In this document: in pieces, positions 27,860-39,062 of the stretch | Layout: each line of letters starts with the position of its first letter | Numbering within the stretch: position 1 is the stretch's first letter | Assembly: GCA_044892525.1 (NCBI GenBank) | Contig: CM097885.1 | Coordinates: forward strand, 191,394,001-191,458,000 | Length of the DNA stretch: 64,000 nucleotides | From: Schmidtea polychroa | Lineage: Eukaryota | Direction: 5' to 3' | Notes under the pieces: model-generated | What the model was told of the DNA's origin: nothing | Database searches by the model: none | Seen by the model: the letters and a program-made list of their open reading frames with translations, nothing else | Program-made: the position numbers and the translations under genes

Positions 27860-30800
27860 AAAGCTTAAAAATAGTTGAATAGCACCTAATCAGATTATAA
27901 AATACGTTTTCTTAGTCTGAGAACTCAGAAGGGTTCTACAATAATCTCCACTCTACCGTTGAAACTTTAATAAGCTGTGATACCATAACTGCTGTTGGTT
28001 ACCCAAAGGAAAAACTTATTCGCATACTCAGATAGACTGACTTAGATAACCTTCATGACTTAGCAATCATATCCCCTTATGTATACCCGTGGTGATGTGA
28101 CACGTTGGTATTGTATACACAGGTCGGAATCTACCAGCAGGTGAGCTCCCATGGTAGAACTACGCCCGGTAGAATTCACAGTTCGGGTTAAAGAGTTCAA
28201 TAGAAGAACTTACCTCATTTCATTTATACAAACTGGCGTCCTGGTCCAAGGGACGTCTTTAATTTAACACCGTGGTCATCATTGTTCCTATGAACTTCAA
28301 GCATAAATTCAAACAACTCATCGTAACTTTATAAATTCGACGTCAATAAGTTTTAACGAGTGACACAAAATACATTAAAAATCACAAATAAGTAAATCAT
28401 TGAAAATCAACTGACAGGGTACACTCATGCAATTCATTTAGGAAGGTAGATCTTTGATCAAGGAATCGGTTTCATCGAACTTGAATTTGACTTATTAGAT
28501 CATTTCGCCCTTGGCTAACAGGGTGTTGATGTCCACCTGAAGCCGAGCATCATTGCACATGCGGGACACTTCCGTTGAAATTATTCGGAAATTCTCCTTT
28601 GGAGTAGATGCGGTTATCTTTGGAGTTTGTTCTTTGTTGGTTTTAGCAGCGAACAGGGATGCTTCTAGAACAGCGAACGCTTCTTTTCGTTTTTGATTTT
28701 TCTCGGCCCGTAATGGGCGTTTTCGCTTCTTGGCCGATGAGACGAGAGAGATACTGGTAGAACTGGGTATTGATGTAGTGGTTGTCGTGGCGGTATCGGT
28801 AGACGCATTATTGAACTTGAACACATTATTGATCCGGATAGAATGGGATCCTTTAATGGTGGAAAATGATTTCCATGGCTACTACAATTTGTCTTTATTG
28901 GTAGTGATTCGTCTCCTTGATGATGTAATGGGAATACATTAGTCCCGTCTTGGACTGGATATTCTCGGACTCGTCATTGGATCTCTGCCTCTGAATATAC
29001 TTTATATAAAGCTTCAGACTGAGCTTTTATTGTTAATCGTTGGCATCGGCTTTCTTCTAGGAGGCTGTCTCGACAGTGCTCCAGCCGTAATACCTTAGTC
29101 TTCTCCTCCTTCATTTGGGAAGAGGAGAACCATGTGCATTCATAATGTTCTTTTCGGTTTTTCAACGTCCCGATGTACTCCTGTAGTTATCTGATGTCTG
29201 CGTTTTATTCCGCGAAGGAAAAACATGGTTGAAGTCCCTTTGGCGGCAGACTTCGCTCGCACATTCTAGAAATGAAGCAGTCGATGAACGTTCCGTGAAG
29301 TTCGTCATTTGTGCTTTCCCCTTTTTATTTATTCACATTCTTAATTCGAATACAATCATACTCAAAATTATTATAGTTGTAACTTTGACTGGGGTGAAAT
29401 TTGATCAACAGTGATTTTAAAGTAAGTTTTATATATTATCAATTTACGTTGTTTGTCAGTTATTTATTAGGGAATCGAATTTAACTTATTATTCACTGAA
29501 GGCATTAATTTTCTTATCAAAATAAATAATTAAACATAGACTTTGCATGTGTGATTTTTTTTTAAATTAAATATTTCAGTTGTAGAATTATTATTCACAG
29601 ACCATTTTTATGGTTTATATCAAGCATTTCATGTTGTCGGTTGTCGTTGGATGTCGATCAGTTCATCTTAGTGTCTTGTCTCTCTGTGTTGTGCAATTAT
29701 TTTCACTTTTCCAGTGGATCCATGTTTACGTCGACGTATGATTACTTATAAACAAATCTGATGGATTTAGTCAGAACAACGATCGTTAGCCTAAATTTAT
29801 TTATCTTATCCTCCACTTTTATTTAGAGAAAATCTTAATAACGTTGTGCGATAGAATACTGTTAGCCGGATGTTTACCGTGTGGAGTTAATCGTCGTCGT
29901 TTACGAATGAAAGATGATTCGTGAATTCAGAGATTCTATTGCAAGTAGTGAGATAATTACAGAACCTAATTGACATCGAATTATGATTATTTCAGTAATC
30001 GTACTTTCTCAAAACGTTGGAATATTTCGATCGCAAATTATGATCGTAGTTTCGTCTGGGTCGGATCAGGAGTACTTGTCGAATTAAAGAAACGAAGATG
30101 GAAAATTTCCCGTGAATCAGTGGATATTAAATCTCAAAGCTACCTCGATAATACCTCCTCAAATGGGACTTTCTTTGCTCAATTTGGAATTTCTCTATTG
30201 GAAAAGTCTGGAATCATGTGAGATTGGAAGATTTTTAGAATTGCAAATTTTCGCGAAAACGACATCTATTGCTTCTCGATGAAAACACCCGTCATTACAC
30301 TCGATGGATTATATAGTCAAGCTTCTCCACTTACCAGGACCACCTAGACAACACCGGTATCACTACCGGCCGTTTTCTACACCGTCCCGATAGACAGAGT
30401 TCACAGCATTTATGCTATTAACAACAATAAAAATGTTATGAAAAATAAATATTGTTACAAAACATTCATTGTGGTTATAAATCGTCTACTTTTAATGATT
30501 GAAAAATAAATGAAATGAATTTACCCGGCGACCATGTCCTTTGAAATCTGAGTATGATGTCATAAATGATGTTCTCTGCATTAATCGTTTAAGTCATTCC
30601 CGTGGCTACTCTGAGCGCGCAATTCATATCGTCTCCTTTCACTGCATAAACCTGGAATTTTGGAGTCATGGCATAGTTGAAATTCAGATCATAATAGTAA
30701 AGTCTAATATTCGTTATTGGATACTCATCATACTCGGGGTTTTCAGACGGCATCGTCGCCGGTTCCATGAAGGAGAAGGGCAGGTTGTTCATTATGTTGG

Positions 30801-31900
30801 GTTTTTGATTAATTTAAGTCGGTTACCTCTGACTCCTCGTGTCCTTTAAATCAAAACAATAACGACCCAACGTATATTGAAATAACAAAATTCACAATCT
30901 TTTCTCACCACTTTACAATCAATAATCAAAGTACGTTTGACCGATTCTCCGCTCGGCGTTGATGCTTTGTAAATAGATAATATTCACCTTTTATTTCTTT
31001 AGATTCTCTCGACCCACGTTTTCCTCTTTTTCTGTTTGATTTGATTCTTTTTCACCTTTCCGTATTCCTATTCTATGTCTTCACTTTCCTAATCTCCTTA
31101 ATTCGTTTTACCTATTCTTAACTCGGTTTCTTCTAACCCTAGCTGAGGCAAAATGCCGATTTGCTCTGATTTTCCCTTTCCTTATATACTCCTCGAAATC
31201 GGGATGACAAATGGTTATTGCCGAGCCAATCTTTCACTTGACATTTGCTTCCACGTATCTGCGGAAATTCATGAAAACACAAACAACTTCGTAAATAAAA
31301 TTAACTACTTACTTGGTGATCCAAACAGTTAATCACTGATGAACTGAGAAAATTCGGGGTTAATTAGTTTTCCTCCGCCTTATAATTCGGTAAGTAGAGC
31401 TTCGATAAGGTCTACGAATCCTTGGATGATACTTGCTAATATTAAAATGTGGAATAATTCTATGAGTTGCGTGTGGCTAAAATTATCGATCACAATAGGT
31501 TTCTGGTAGATTTTCTCTGAAGTAGCTGATTGATTTCGAAATAGTTGCTGATTATGGTAGAAGTTAGTACCTTTACAAATTGATTTTGAAGTAGTTATCA
31601 AACTAACTTAGTGGCCGCCTTATATAGTAAATTTTAACCAATTAAAATTGAGTCGGGTTTGATTTTTGGTTATTTTTCTTTATTTTTTTTGTTTTTCTTA
31701 TGTATTATTTTGTTTTATTTTGCTAATTTATTAGTTTATTAATTTTCTTGTATTTTTGCGTTATTTCGCCTATTTTTGTTGTCTTTGGGTGTGTGACGGC
31801 CTATTTTTAGTTTTTCTTTGAATATTAATTAATTTTTCGTACTTTTATTTACGTTTTTCTTTTTTTCTTGGTTGGGTTTTATTTTTCTTATTTCTTAAAT
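27860..31900 (-). other. Unclassified block of decayed ORFs with TATA-like promoters
   Basis: Higher complexity than its flanks, with broken minus-strand ORFs (28495-28824, 28974-29165, 30589-30792, 31380-31601) and TATATAAG motifs near 31183 and 31620. Paralogous pieces at 35791-35970 and 43256-43647. Confidence 0.45.
30795..31190 (-). repeat. Diverged ~390-bp repeat with putative TATA/Inr leader; second copy at 43256-43647
   Basis: Colinear conserved blocks AATTTAAGTCGGTWACCTCTGACTCCTC, TTTGACCGATTCTCCGCTCGG, GATAATATTCACCTTTT and CTGAGGCAAAA. Confidence 0.8.
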
Positions 31901-32329
31901 TTTATTATTATTGCGTCCTTAATTTATTTGTTGCTAATTTAATTATTTTATTTATTTTTTTTTCTGTGTTTTCTCCTTCTCTCAGTTCACAGCCATTAAT
32001 CGTTTAGCAATTATTTTTCCGTTTAGCCCAACACTGCTATGTAACCAGCGGTGGCACATAATACGAAAACATGCCAGCTTCAAGGTAAATGTAGAATTTT
32101 TTGAGTGAATGTATTATATGGTGCTGCGACGAACGACAGAATTTATCTACTAGAGCACTTCTACACACGTCATCAACATATTTATTTTGTTGTCTCATTA
32201 ATCAACCATTGAGTTAAATAGAAATAGAAAGAAGTAATAATTGTAAAAATATAAGTTAATTGCATTAAAAAAATAAAAAACCATATTTGTGGGCCGGTAG
32301 GCCTATCGGGATATTCCTGGTATCCAGCA

Positions 32330-34880
32330 CTGACTATACTATTCATCAGTTTAGTTAAAATAGTGAAAATTAACATCTTCAATTGCCAAAAAATAATTTT
32401 AAATATCAGTTTAAACAATAATATAAAAATTTATTAGAAAACAAAAATATTTATTCTGATGATTCCTCAACATCTTCAGCTTGTTTAAATATTACCACAG
32501 CTTCAGTGCCTTCAACTTTGATTGGATCATTCGGATGGATTCTGATTGGATATTGTAATAAATTATTTGATGAATTTTTAAGAATGTTCTTTTATCCATT
32601 TCAGTCATAATTTCTGATTTCCACATTTAATTTACATAAAATTGAAAAATTTGGTTCATAAAACGTAAAAATATTATTGTGATAATTAAACATAAAAAAT
32701 ACCAAATCTAAATTTTGTAAAAATTACTTTATTTGATATATTTGAATCAAGTTTCTAAATTATAAATCCACTGACAACTAAATCACAAAGTAATTTCAAT
32801 TGGAATGAGAAATTAATTAAATAAATAATTACATTTTCTCAATATTTCATAAAAATAACGATAATTTAAAAACAAGTGATTTATATTCGAATCTCACTTC
32901 TTTTTATCTGATTTATTTAGAAAATAAAAAATTTGAATGATGTAAATTTGATAATTCATAATTGAAAAAATATGCAAAATGAATAAAGTCAATACAGAAA
33001 TGCATCAAAATATATTAAAAAAAGGTTTTATTCTCATGATTTCTCAACTTCTTCTTCAACAACTGTTTCTGATTGCTCGACTTCTTCAACAGCTTCAGTT
33101 TCTTCAACTTCAGCAACTTGTTCGACTTCAGCAACAACTTCACAATGTTCGTTACACATGTTTAATAGAGATGAATTGCATAGAAATTTACTCGTATTTA
33201 TACAGCTAAACAATGCACACAAACTGATATTTGATTGGTCATTGCATCATGAATGAATGAAATATTTCATGAGTAATTTAATTGCATTATTACTGAAGCA
33301 TGTTTGTAAATTTTATCAAAGTTGTAATAATTGAAACATTTGTTGTACAAGTAATATTTTTGATAGAATTTTGAAATTTGTTTTTCATCGTGCTATAATA
33401 AACAAATGGAAATTCATTTTCTCTGTCGTTTGACCCCAATACGAATAATGTCAACGCATATATCATCATATTTATCATGTCCTCTAATGGTTCCTCTAAT
33501 TTTAGTTAATTTTTTGTTTGTTGGGGATTTTTAATTAGTATTATAAATTATTATATTAAAATCATCTGTCATTCATCGTGGACAATAAATAAATTGGACA
33601 AAAAACGGTATGCTTTATTGTTATTAAATATTAATTAGTAAAAACAACCAGTTTATAGGTAGGTCTGTTAAAGGGGTGCCTTGAAATAATTAACGTAGGG
33701 AATTTATCCTAATATTTATAAGAGCCACATGGAAGTAATACGCTTCTACTTTAAATACCAATGTAAATCCTAAGCATATTCAAAAATGAAACACTTTAAA
33801 CTATTTTACGATTGCGTTCGGAATTGCACATTTTCATATTAACATATAATAGTTGAAAGGTTATTAATGTTGTTTCAGTGGGTCATTTGCATTATTATCT
33901 GCATAAGAACATGAATTTTGTGTAGAATATGATATTGGAAATTGGCCTCTTTTTAAACGAATCCAATTTTAAAATTAGAACATTTACGAACAAAATGATT
34001 AAGGAAGGATAAGTTGATCATCACAAGAAATAAATATTAACAGGAAATTGAGGAGGTTGGCCTCCAAGTTTAAAATAAATATTACCAATAATTGAAAAAG
34101 TTTAAAATGTTGATCAAATTTCATTTAACCTTTTAATTGCAAAATTTGTAAAATAAAATATCTAACTGACAATCCTTCATGTAATCATCATTTATAGAAA
34201 GTTTCTATATAAAAGACTTGCGGCCTTAATTCGATATATTCGGACGTTGAAAGGATTTGATTAAAATGTTTACAATGTAAAACTTATTTGCCATTTATAG
34301 TTTATAAATTTCGAATATTTGATAAAAAAAAATTATTTCATGCAAAACAAATGCTTCAGTAATATAATGCAATTAAATTACTCATGAAATATTTCATTCA
34401 TTCATGATGCAATGACCAATCAAATATCAGTTTGTGTGCATTGTTTAGCTGTATAAATACGAGTAAATTTCTATGCAATTCATCTCTATTAAACATGTGT
34501 AACGAACATTGTGAAGCTGTTGCTGAAGTCGAACAAGTTGCTGAAGTTGAAGAAACTGAAGCTGTTGAAGAAGTCAAACAATCAGAAACAGTTGCTGAAG
34601 AAGAAGTTGAGAAATCATCAGAATAAAACCTTTTTTTTAATAAATTTTGATGCATTTCTGTATTGACTTTATTCATTTTGCCTATTTTTTCATTTCTGAA
34701 TTTTCAAATTTACATTAAATTTTTTATTTTCTAAATAAATCAAATCAAAAGATAATAAAAATAACTATTGTTTTTAATTTATTTTTATTAAATATTAAGT
34801 AAATGTAATTATTTATTTTATTAATTTCTCATTGTAATGGAATTCTTGAAATAATATTGTGATTAACTTGTCAGTGGATA
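32330..34880. repeat. Uninterrupted copy of the foldback cassette (arms about 32880-33300 + and 34350-34740 -)
   Basis: About 32900-34185 is nearly identical to 9380-10672 and continues directly into sequence matching 13978 onward. Confidence 0.9.
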
Positions 34881-34889
34881 AGTTTGGTG

Positions 34890-35100
34890 AAGAAAAGAAA
34901 TTTCCCTTAATAATATTTTGCAGTTGCTACGGATGGCGCATTGGCTATGACAAGGCATCACAAAAAATTCATAGCGTTCCCGTCTGAACAAGTTAACGTC
35001 TTGTTTGCTGTGCATTGCGTATTTCATCCGCAGCATTTGTTTGTAAAATGTCTGAATGAACGCCTCCATAAATTAGATGAATGTTTAAAGAGCAGTTTCA
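34890..35100 (+). pseudogene. Buster-type hAT transposase fragment
   Basis: VATDGALAMTRHHKKFIA...VHCVFHPQHL matches the TDGA and HCxxHxQ motifs. Shorter copies occur in the composite cassette. Confidence 0.75.
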
Positions 35101-35172
35101 CTTTATTAGAGGGATTAATACTAATAATTCAGGGATTAAGAAAAGAGAGTTGTGACTTCATATCTTCTGAAG

Positions 35173-35287
35173 CAGGGCTTTTCAAACTTTTTAAACAAGG
35201 GACCCCTTATTTTTATTACGCTTAGTTTACGGACCATTTTACGGACCCTCATAAAATCGCTCACGGACCCCAGTTTGAAAAGCCCTG
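35173..35287. mobile_element. 115-bp hAT MITE with 16-bp TIRs and 8-bp TSD TTCTGAAG
   Basis: CAGGGCTTTTCAAACT...AGTTTGAAAAGCCCTG; TSD at 35165-35172 and 35288-35295. The empty site is seen at about 2681-2700. Confidence 0.95.
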
Positions 35288-35790
35288 TTCTGAAGGAATA
35301 AGTGCGTCCTCAGATGGAACTTTCACAAGATATATTTTAAAACATGTTAGAAGTTTTAAAAAATTGGAAAATTTCAGTTTGTAATAAAATTTTATTAATT
35401 TGTTCAGAAATTTGACAAAGTCGTAAAACCTAAGTGATTTATATGAGTTATAAATAATAAAGCAATGACAAAATTTATAATGACAGGCAAACACAAAGAA
35501 GTCTTAAAATCTCTCCGTGTAAAAATTTAGTGTTATTAAATAAAAGAAAGAAGGAAATCTAAAAAATGTTTACCATTTTGCTTACCACATCTTCAGAAAG
35601 TCAAAGTAAGACAAATCAATAACCTACTACATAGGACAAATATCCAAATTGTAGGACTTTCCTACCGTAAGTAGGACGTGTGGCAACTTTACTTTATAAT
35701 GTAAATATTTAAAGTGTTGGTTGCTTAGGGGTGTGTCATTTTAAATTTTAAATACGTTAGGGGTAATCATAGGTATTCACTCGACTCTTT

Positions 35791-35974
35791 CCTAAGCACC
35801 TCCATGACTATTGCACTTTAAACCATTTGTGTACCCATGCCGACGACCATGTTGGTACTGTACACAAAGGCGAAAAAACAATGAGCAGGTGAGCTCTATT
35901 GCTAAAACTACTCCCCATTGTATTTTCTCTTCGGGTTCTAGACGGCCGATAGAAAGTCTTACGTCATCTATCAT
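35791..35974 (-). pseudogene. Fragment of an unknown protein gene, paralogous to 28041-28220
   Basis: GVVLAIELTC...LCVQYQH...HGYT...SHGG here versus GVVLPWELTC...LCIQYQR...HGYT...SHEG at 28.1 kb, with several synonymous codon differences. Confidence 0.6.
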
Positions 35975-37008
35975 TTTCTATTTCTACTTTTCTATCTCAT
36001 TCGGCTATAGTCCTCATTTCTAGATGTTTTCTATAATTTCTTTTCAAAATTTTGTGCAGGGATGCGCCCTTATTTTTCTATTAATAAATGTTGCTAGGTA
36101 TTTTCCTTGATATTTATGAATATTTAACCTATCTCGCAAAAAATTTGAGCAGGGATCGGCCCTTATTTCCAAGTTAATCCACACTTCCCGTAATATTTAA
36201 ATTGTTCTTCAAAAAATTTGAGCAGGGATCTGCCTGTATTCTTAGTCCTAACCTATGTTTGACCGAAGGTACTTCCAGCGACGGACCCGTGGAGAAGCCT
36301 CCACATTTCGGCCCGAAATCAGCTGCGTGATTGAAAAGCCAGCATACCCACCAGTCTAAGCATTCCGAAGGTACCCCAAACCATGGTATGCTGGATCTCA
36401 ATTCCACGGTACTATCGTTCATAATCAATAAGCATAACAATCGAACCCAATAAAAATTATTATCCAAAACTTAAAAATTAAATGAAAATTAAACAATTAA
36501 ACAACTAAACTAAACTGATTATAAAATTTATTTTAGCTTAAAACATATAAAAATTTCATATAAAAATAAAATTACCCAACCCAATCCACGATGGCATGAA
36601 ATCGAGAACAAATTGAGAGCAAGTGTTTACCGTCAATGTAATGGTTACACTATCCGAAATGACCAGCTGTGGTGTTGAAAAAACTAGCTCCTTCAAATGA
36701 ATTTGTAATCAGTATTTATACTGATTTTGAATGCGCATTCATGCATTCTCTGCCACTCTATCCAATTAGAGTGCGAGAAATTTTGAATTAATTTTGTATA
36801 CATGCATGAGTGTGTGCAATTATTTATTTTTAATTTCATTAATTTAATTCATTAATTATTAATTTTTTATTAATTTTAATTTTATAAATTTTATAATTTA
36901 AATAATTTGAGTTATATTAATTTTTATTAATTTAAACACTTTTATTCTTTAAATTTAATAAGTTACATAACCATTTAATTCTATAAACTTTACAATTTAC
37001 ATAATGCT

Positions 37009-37129
37009 AACTGTTTCAACCAGTCAGAGGGGGATTGCCTCTGGACTGGCAGTTTTGGCTTTTTTCTATCGCGTCTGTGTGCGCGGTCTGGTTAGACCGA
37101 TTCTTGTTGGTGTGCGCACACAGACGCGA
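37009..37129. other. Two adjacent GC-rich stem-loops, one with a perfect 16-bp stem and an internal hairpin
   Basis: 37020-37049 pairs as CCAGTC-AGAGG/CCTCT-G-GACTGG. 37069-37084 TCGCGTCTGTGTGCGC pairs with 37114-37129, enclosing GGTCT-GGTT-AGACC. Confidence 0.85.
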
Positions 37130-37229
37130 GAAGTAGGTTTTATGGTTAAATTGTGAATTTTTATATAAATGGTTTTTTAGAAATTATTGATTCGATGGAT
37201 TGTTATAATTAAATTAGGTTTTAAATGGA

Positions 37230-37964
37230 ATGTTGTTTTACCGGATTAATTGGATTTCTTTGGTAGATTTGTTTAAAATTTGTTCTAAATTAAAATCTGT
37301 GGAAATTATGATGAATTTCATTCTCAGAATGTTCGGTTCTATTGGTTATTGCAATGCATGTGATAAAGTTATTCCAGCATTTGAATTGATAATGCGAGCG
37401 GGAAGTTTTGTGTATCATTTGGAATGTTTTGGTTGTCAAAAATGTAATCATAGAGGAGCTCATGGAATTATTGTTGTGGTTGATGTTACCGATCAAGATT
37501 CGTTTAACAATGTTAAAAATTGGCTTAATGAAATCGATAGATATGCAAAAGGAAAAGTTCCCGATAAAATGATTGAGACGAGTTCAGCTACGAGATTGTT
37601 TAATATTACTGAAAGTACCGGAGGTGTTATGATTGGAATGATCCCTGATTGTCGATCTCAAGTATGTCGTGCACGAATGGAAGCAGCTCGATTTAATTCT
37701 GAAATTGGAAATAAAATGACTTGTGAGATAAGATGTTTGTCTATGTTTGTCTATGTCTATGTTTATATTGATCAATTCAATTCCCAATCGGCTGAGAGGC
37801 GACCATTAGGATGTTCAATGATGGCATTATCTTCTAATCTTGAACTGGACAAAATGTTATTATTCAAAACTGATCGACGTGGCCCTGTAGAGGCGAACAA
37901 TAAAATTATCAATCGTTTTTTTGGACTTATTCAGCTAACTAATTTTATTATTTTGACGATTTAA
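37230..37964 (+). CDS. Chimeric 244-aa ORF: partial LIM domain plus Rab1 fragment plus proteasome alpha-6 fragment
   Basis: A continuous open frame containing three recognisable segments (next three features). Expression unknown. Confidence 0.7.
   Translation: MLFYRINWISLVDLFKICSKLKSVEIMMNFILRMFGSIGYCNACDKVIPAFELIMRAGSFVYHLECFGCQKCNHRGAHGIIVVVDVTDQDSFNNVKNWLNEIDRYAKGKVPDKMIETSSATRLFNITESTGGVMIGMIPDCRSQVCRARMEAARFNSEIGNKMTCEIRCLSMFVYVYVYIDQFNSQSAERRPLGCSMMALSSNLELDKMLLFKTDRRGPVEANNKIINRFFGLIQLTNFIILTI
37328..37454 (+). pseudogene. LMO: LIM-only (LMO1/3, Beadex-like) second LIM domain fragment
   Basis: [43 protein letters not shown] keeps 6 of the 8 Zn ligands and the IPAFE-VMRA motif. It is preceded by the splice-acceptor-like TTCTCAG. 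Confidence 0.85.
37452..37547 (+). pseudogene. RAB1: Rab1/Ypt1 GTPase internal fragment
   Basis: [32 protein letters not shown] matches the Rab1 consensus [32 protein letters not shown]. No P-loop or NKxD. Confidence 0.92.
37548..37880 (+). pseudogene. PSMA6: 20S proteasome subunit alpha type-6 internal fragment
   Basis: KVPDKM...[25 protein letters not shown] and Q.AE.RPLGCSM...FKTD match the alpha-6 motifs KVPDKL, DSRSQVQRARYEAA and QNAEMRPLGCCM. Confidence 0.85.
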
Positions 37965-38569
37965 TTTTTATATCGTTTAAATAATTTTCAAATAATTCTA
38001 TTTTACATTTTATTATTTTTCTATCGAAAGTTTTAAGTGTTGAATTTTTTTGTTAAATTTATTTATCTCTTTATTCTATTATACGGGGTTTTTTTGATTC
38101 TTAATGTGTGATGTAACTTATTTTATTTATTTTATATTAAACCTTGATCATAAATTTTTTCAACTTTGCGGTTTTTGTGTTAGGTATTTTCGATCGATTA
38201 AAACAAACTCTCAGTTCTCGGTTTCAGCCCAACAAAAGTAACAAAAGCGTATTACCTGATGACATATTAAATTTTACTATTCTCCACTAAAGTTAATTAA
38301 AATAAAAGTAAATCTCAAACAAAATATTGAATTTACAATGTCAACAGTTAATAAGTAATATACAAATATATTTGAAGGCGTAAAAACACTGACAGAAATA
38401 TTTACAGAAAAAATAAATTTCCTTATATTTTTATTTTCGCATCTCTAAATCCAAATTTGAAAGTTTCATCATAAGAATAATACACGTGTAATAAATGTTT
38501 CAATTATTACAACTTTGTCATGAAAATTAGAAAACAGATGCTATTAGCTTAAACCAATTAGATTACTTA

Positions 38570-38830
38570 TAAAATATTTCATTCATTCATTATGCAATGA
38601 CCAATCAATATCAGTTTGTATAAAAACGAGTAAATTTCAATGATATTCATCTATTTCAAACATGTGTAACGAACATTGTGAAGTTGTTGCTGAAGTCGAA
38701 CAAGCTGCTGAAGTTGAAGAAACTGAAGCTGTTGAAGAAGTCGAACAATCAGAAACAGTTGCTGAAGAAAAAGTTGAAGAATCATCAGAATAAAATTTTA
38801 TTTTTTAATAAATTTTGATGCATTTCTATA
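38570..38830. repeat. Further, more diverged copy of the E/V-rich arm
   Basis: Matches 14200-14470 with deletions. Confidence 0.85.
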
Positions 38831-39062
38831 TTGAAAAAGTTCTGAATAATTTCTTTTTAAAATACTATTTATTAATAATTGGTATTATTATTAATTGGTA
38901 TTTATTATTTAAGTTTACAGATTTTTTTTGTGCTACTAATCTTCCCTAAGTTTTCATATTATGAACATAGGTTAAATAAAAGCTTTTTCTGTACTTATCA
39001 CAGTTTTTTAACTATAAATAGTTTATTATTTCATTTTACACGATTTTCGGACGACTTGAAAC

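Noticed and set aside
31133-31148. CTAACCCTAGCTGAG (and TTACCCTAACTGAG at 43591-43604) resembles the vertebrate telomerase RNA template region
   Set aside because: Neither copy has the full template. I see no pseudoknot or H/ACA box, and the motif is better explained as an Inr-like TCAG downstream of a TATA on the opposite strand. An Rfam or covariance search would settle it.
37009-37129. Hammerhead ribozyme reading of the hairpins (minus strand has CTGA...GAAAC)
   Set aside because: There is no CUGANGA core, and only 6 nt separate CUGA and GAAA, too few for stem II.
37230-37964. Annotating the ORF as a normal Rab1, LMO or proteasome gene
   Set aside because: Each part is an internal fragment lacking essential motifs (Rab P-loop and NKxD, the last two LIM ligands, both ends of alpha-6).
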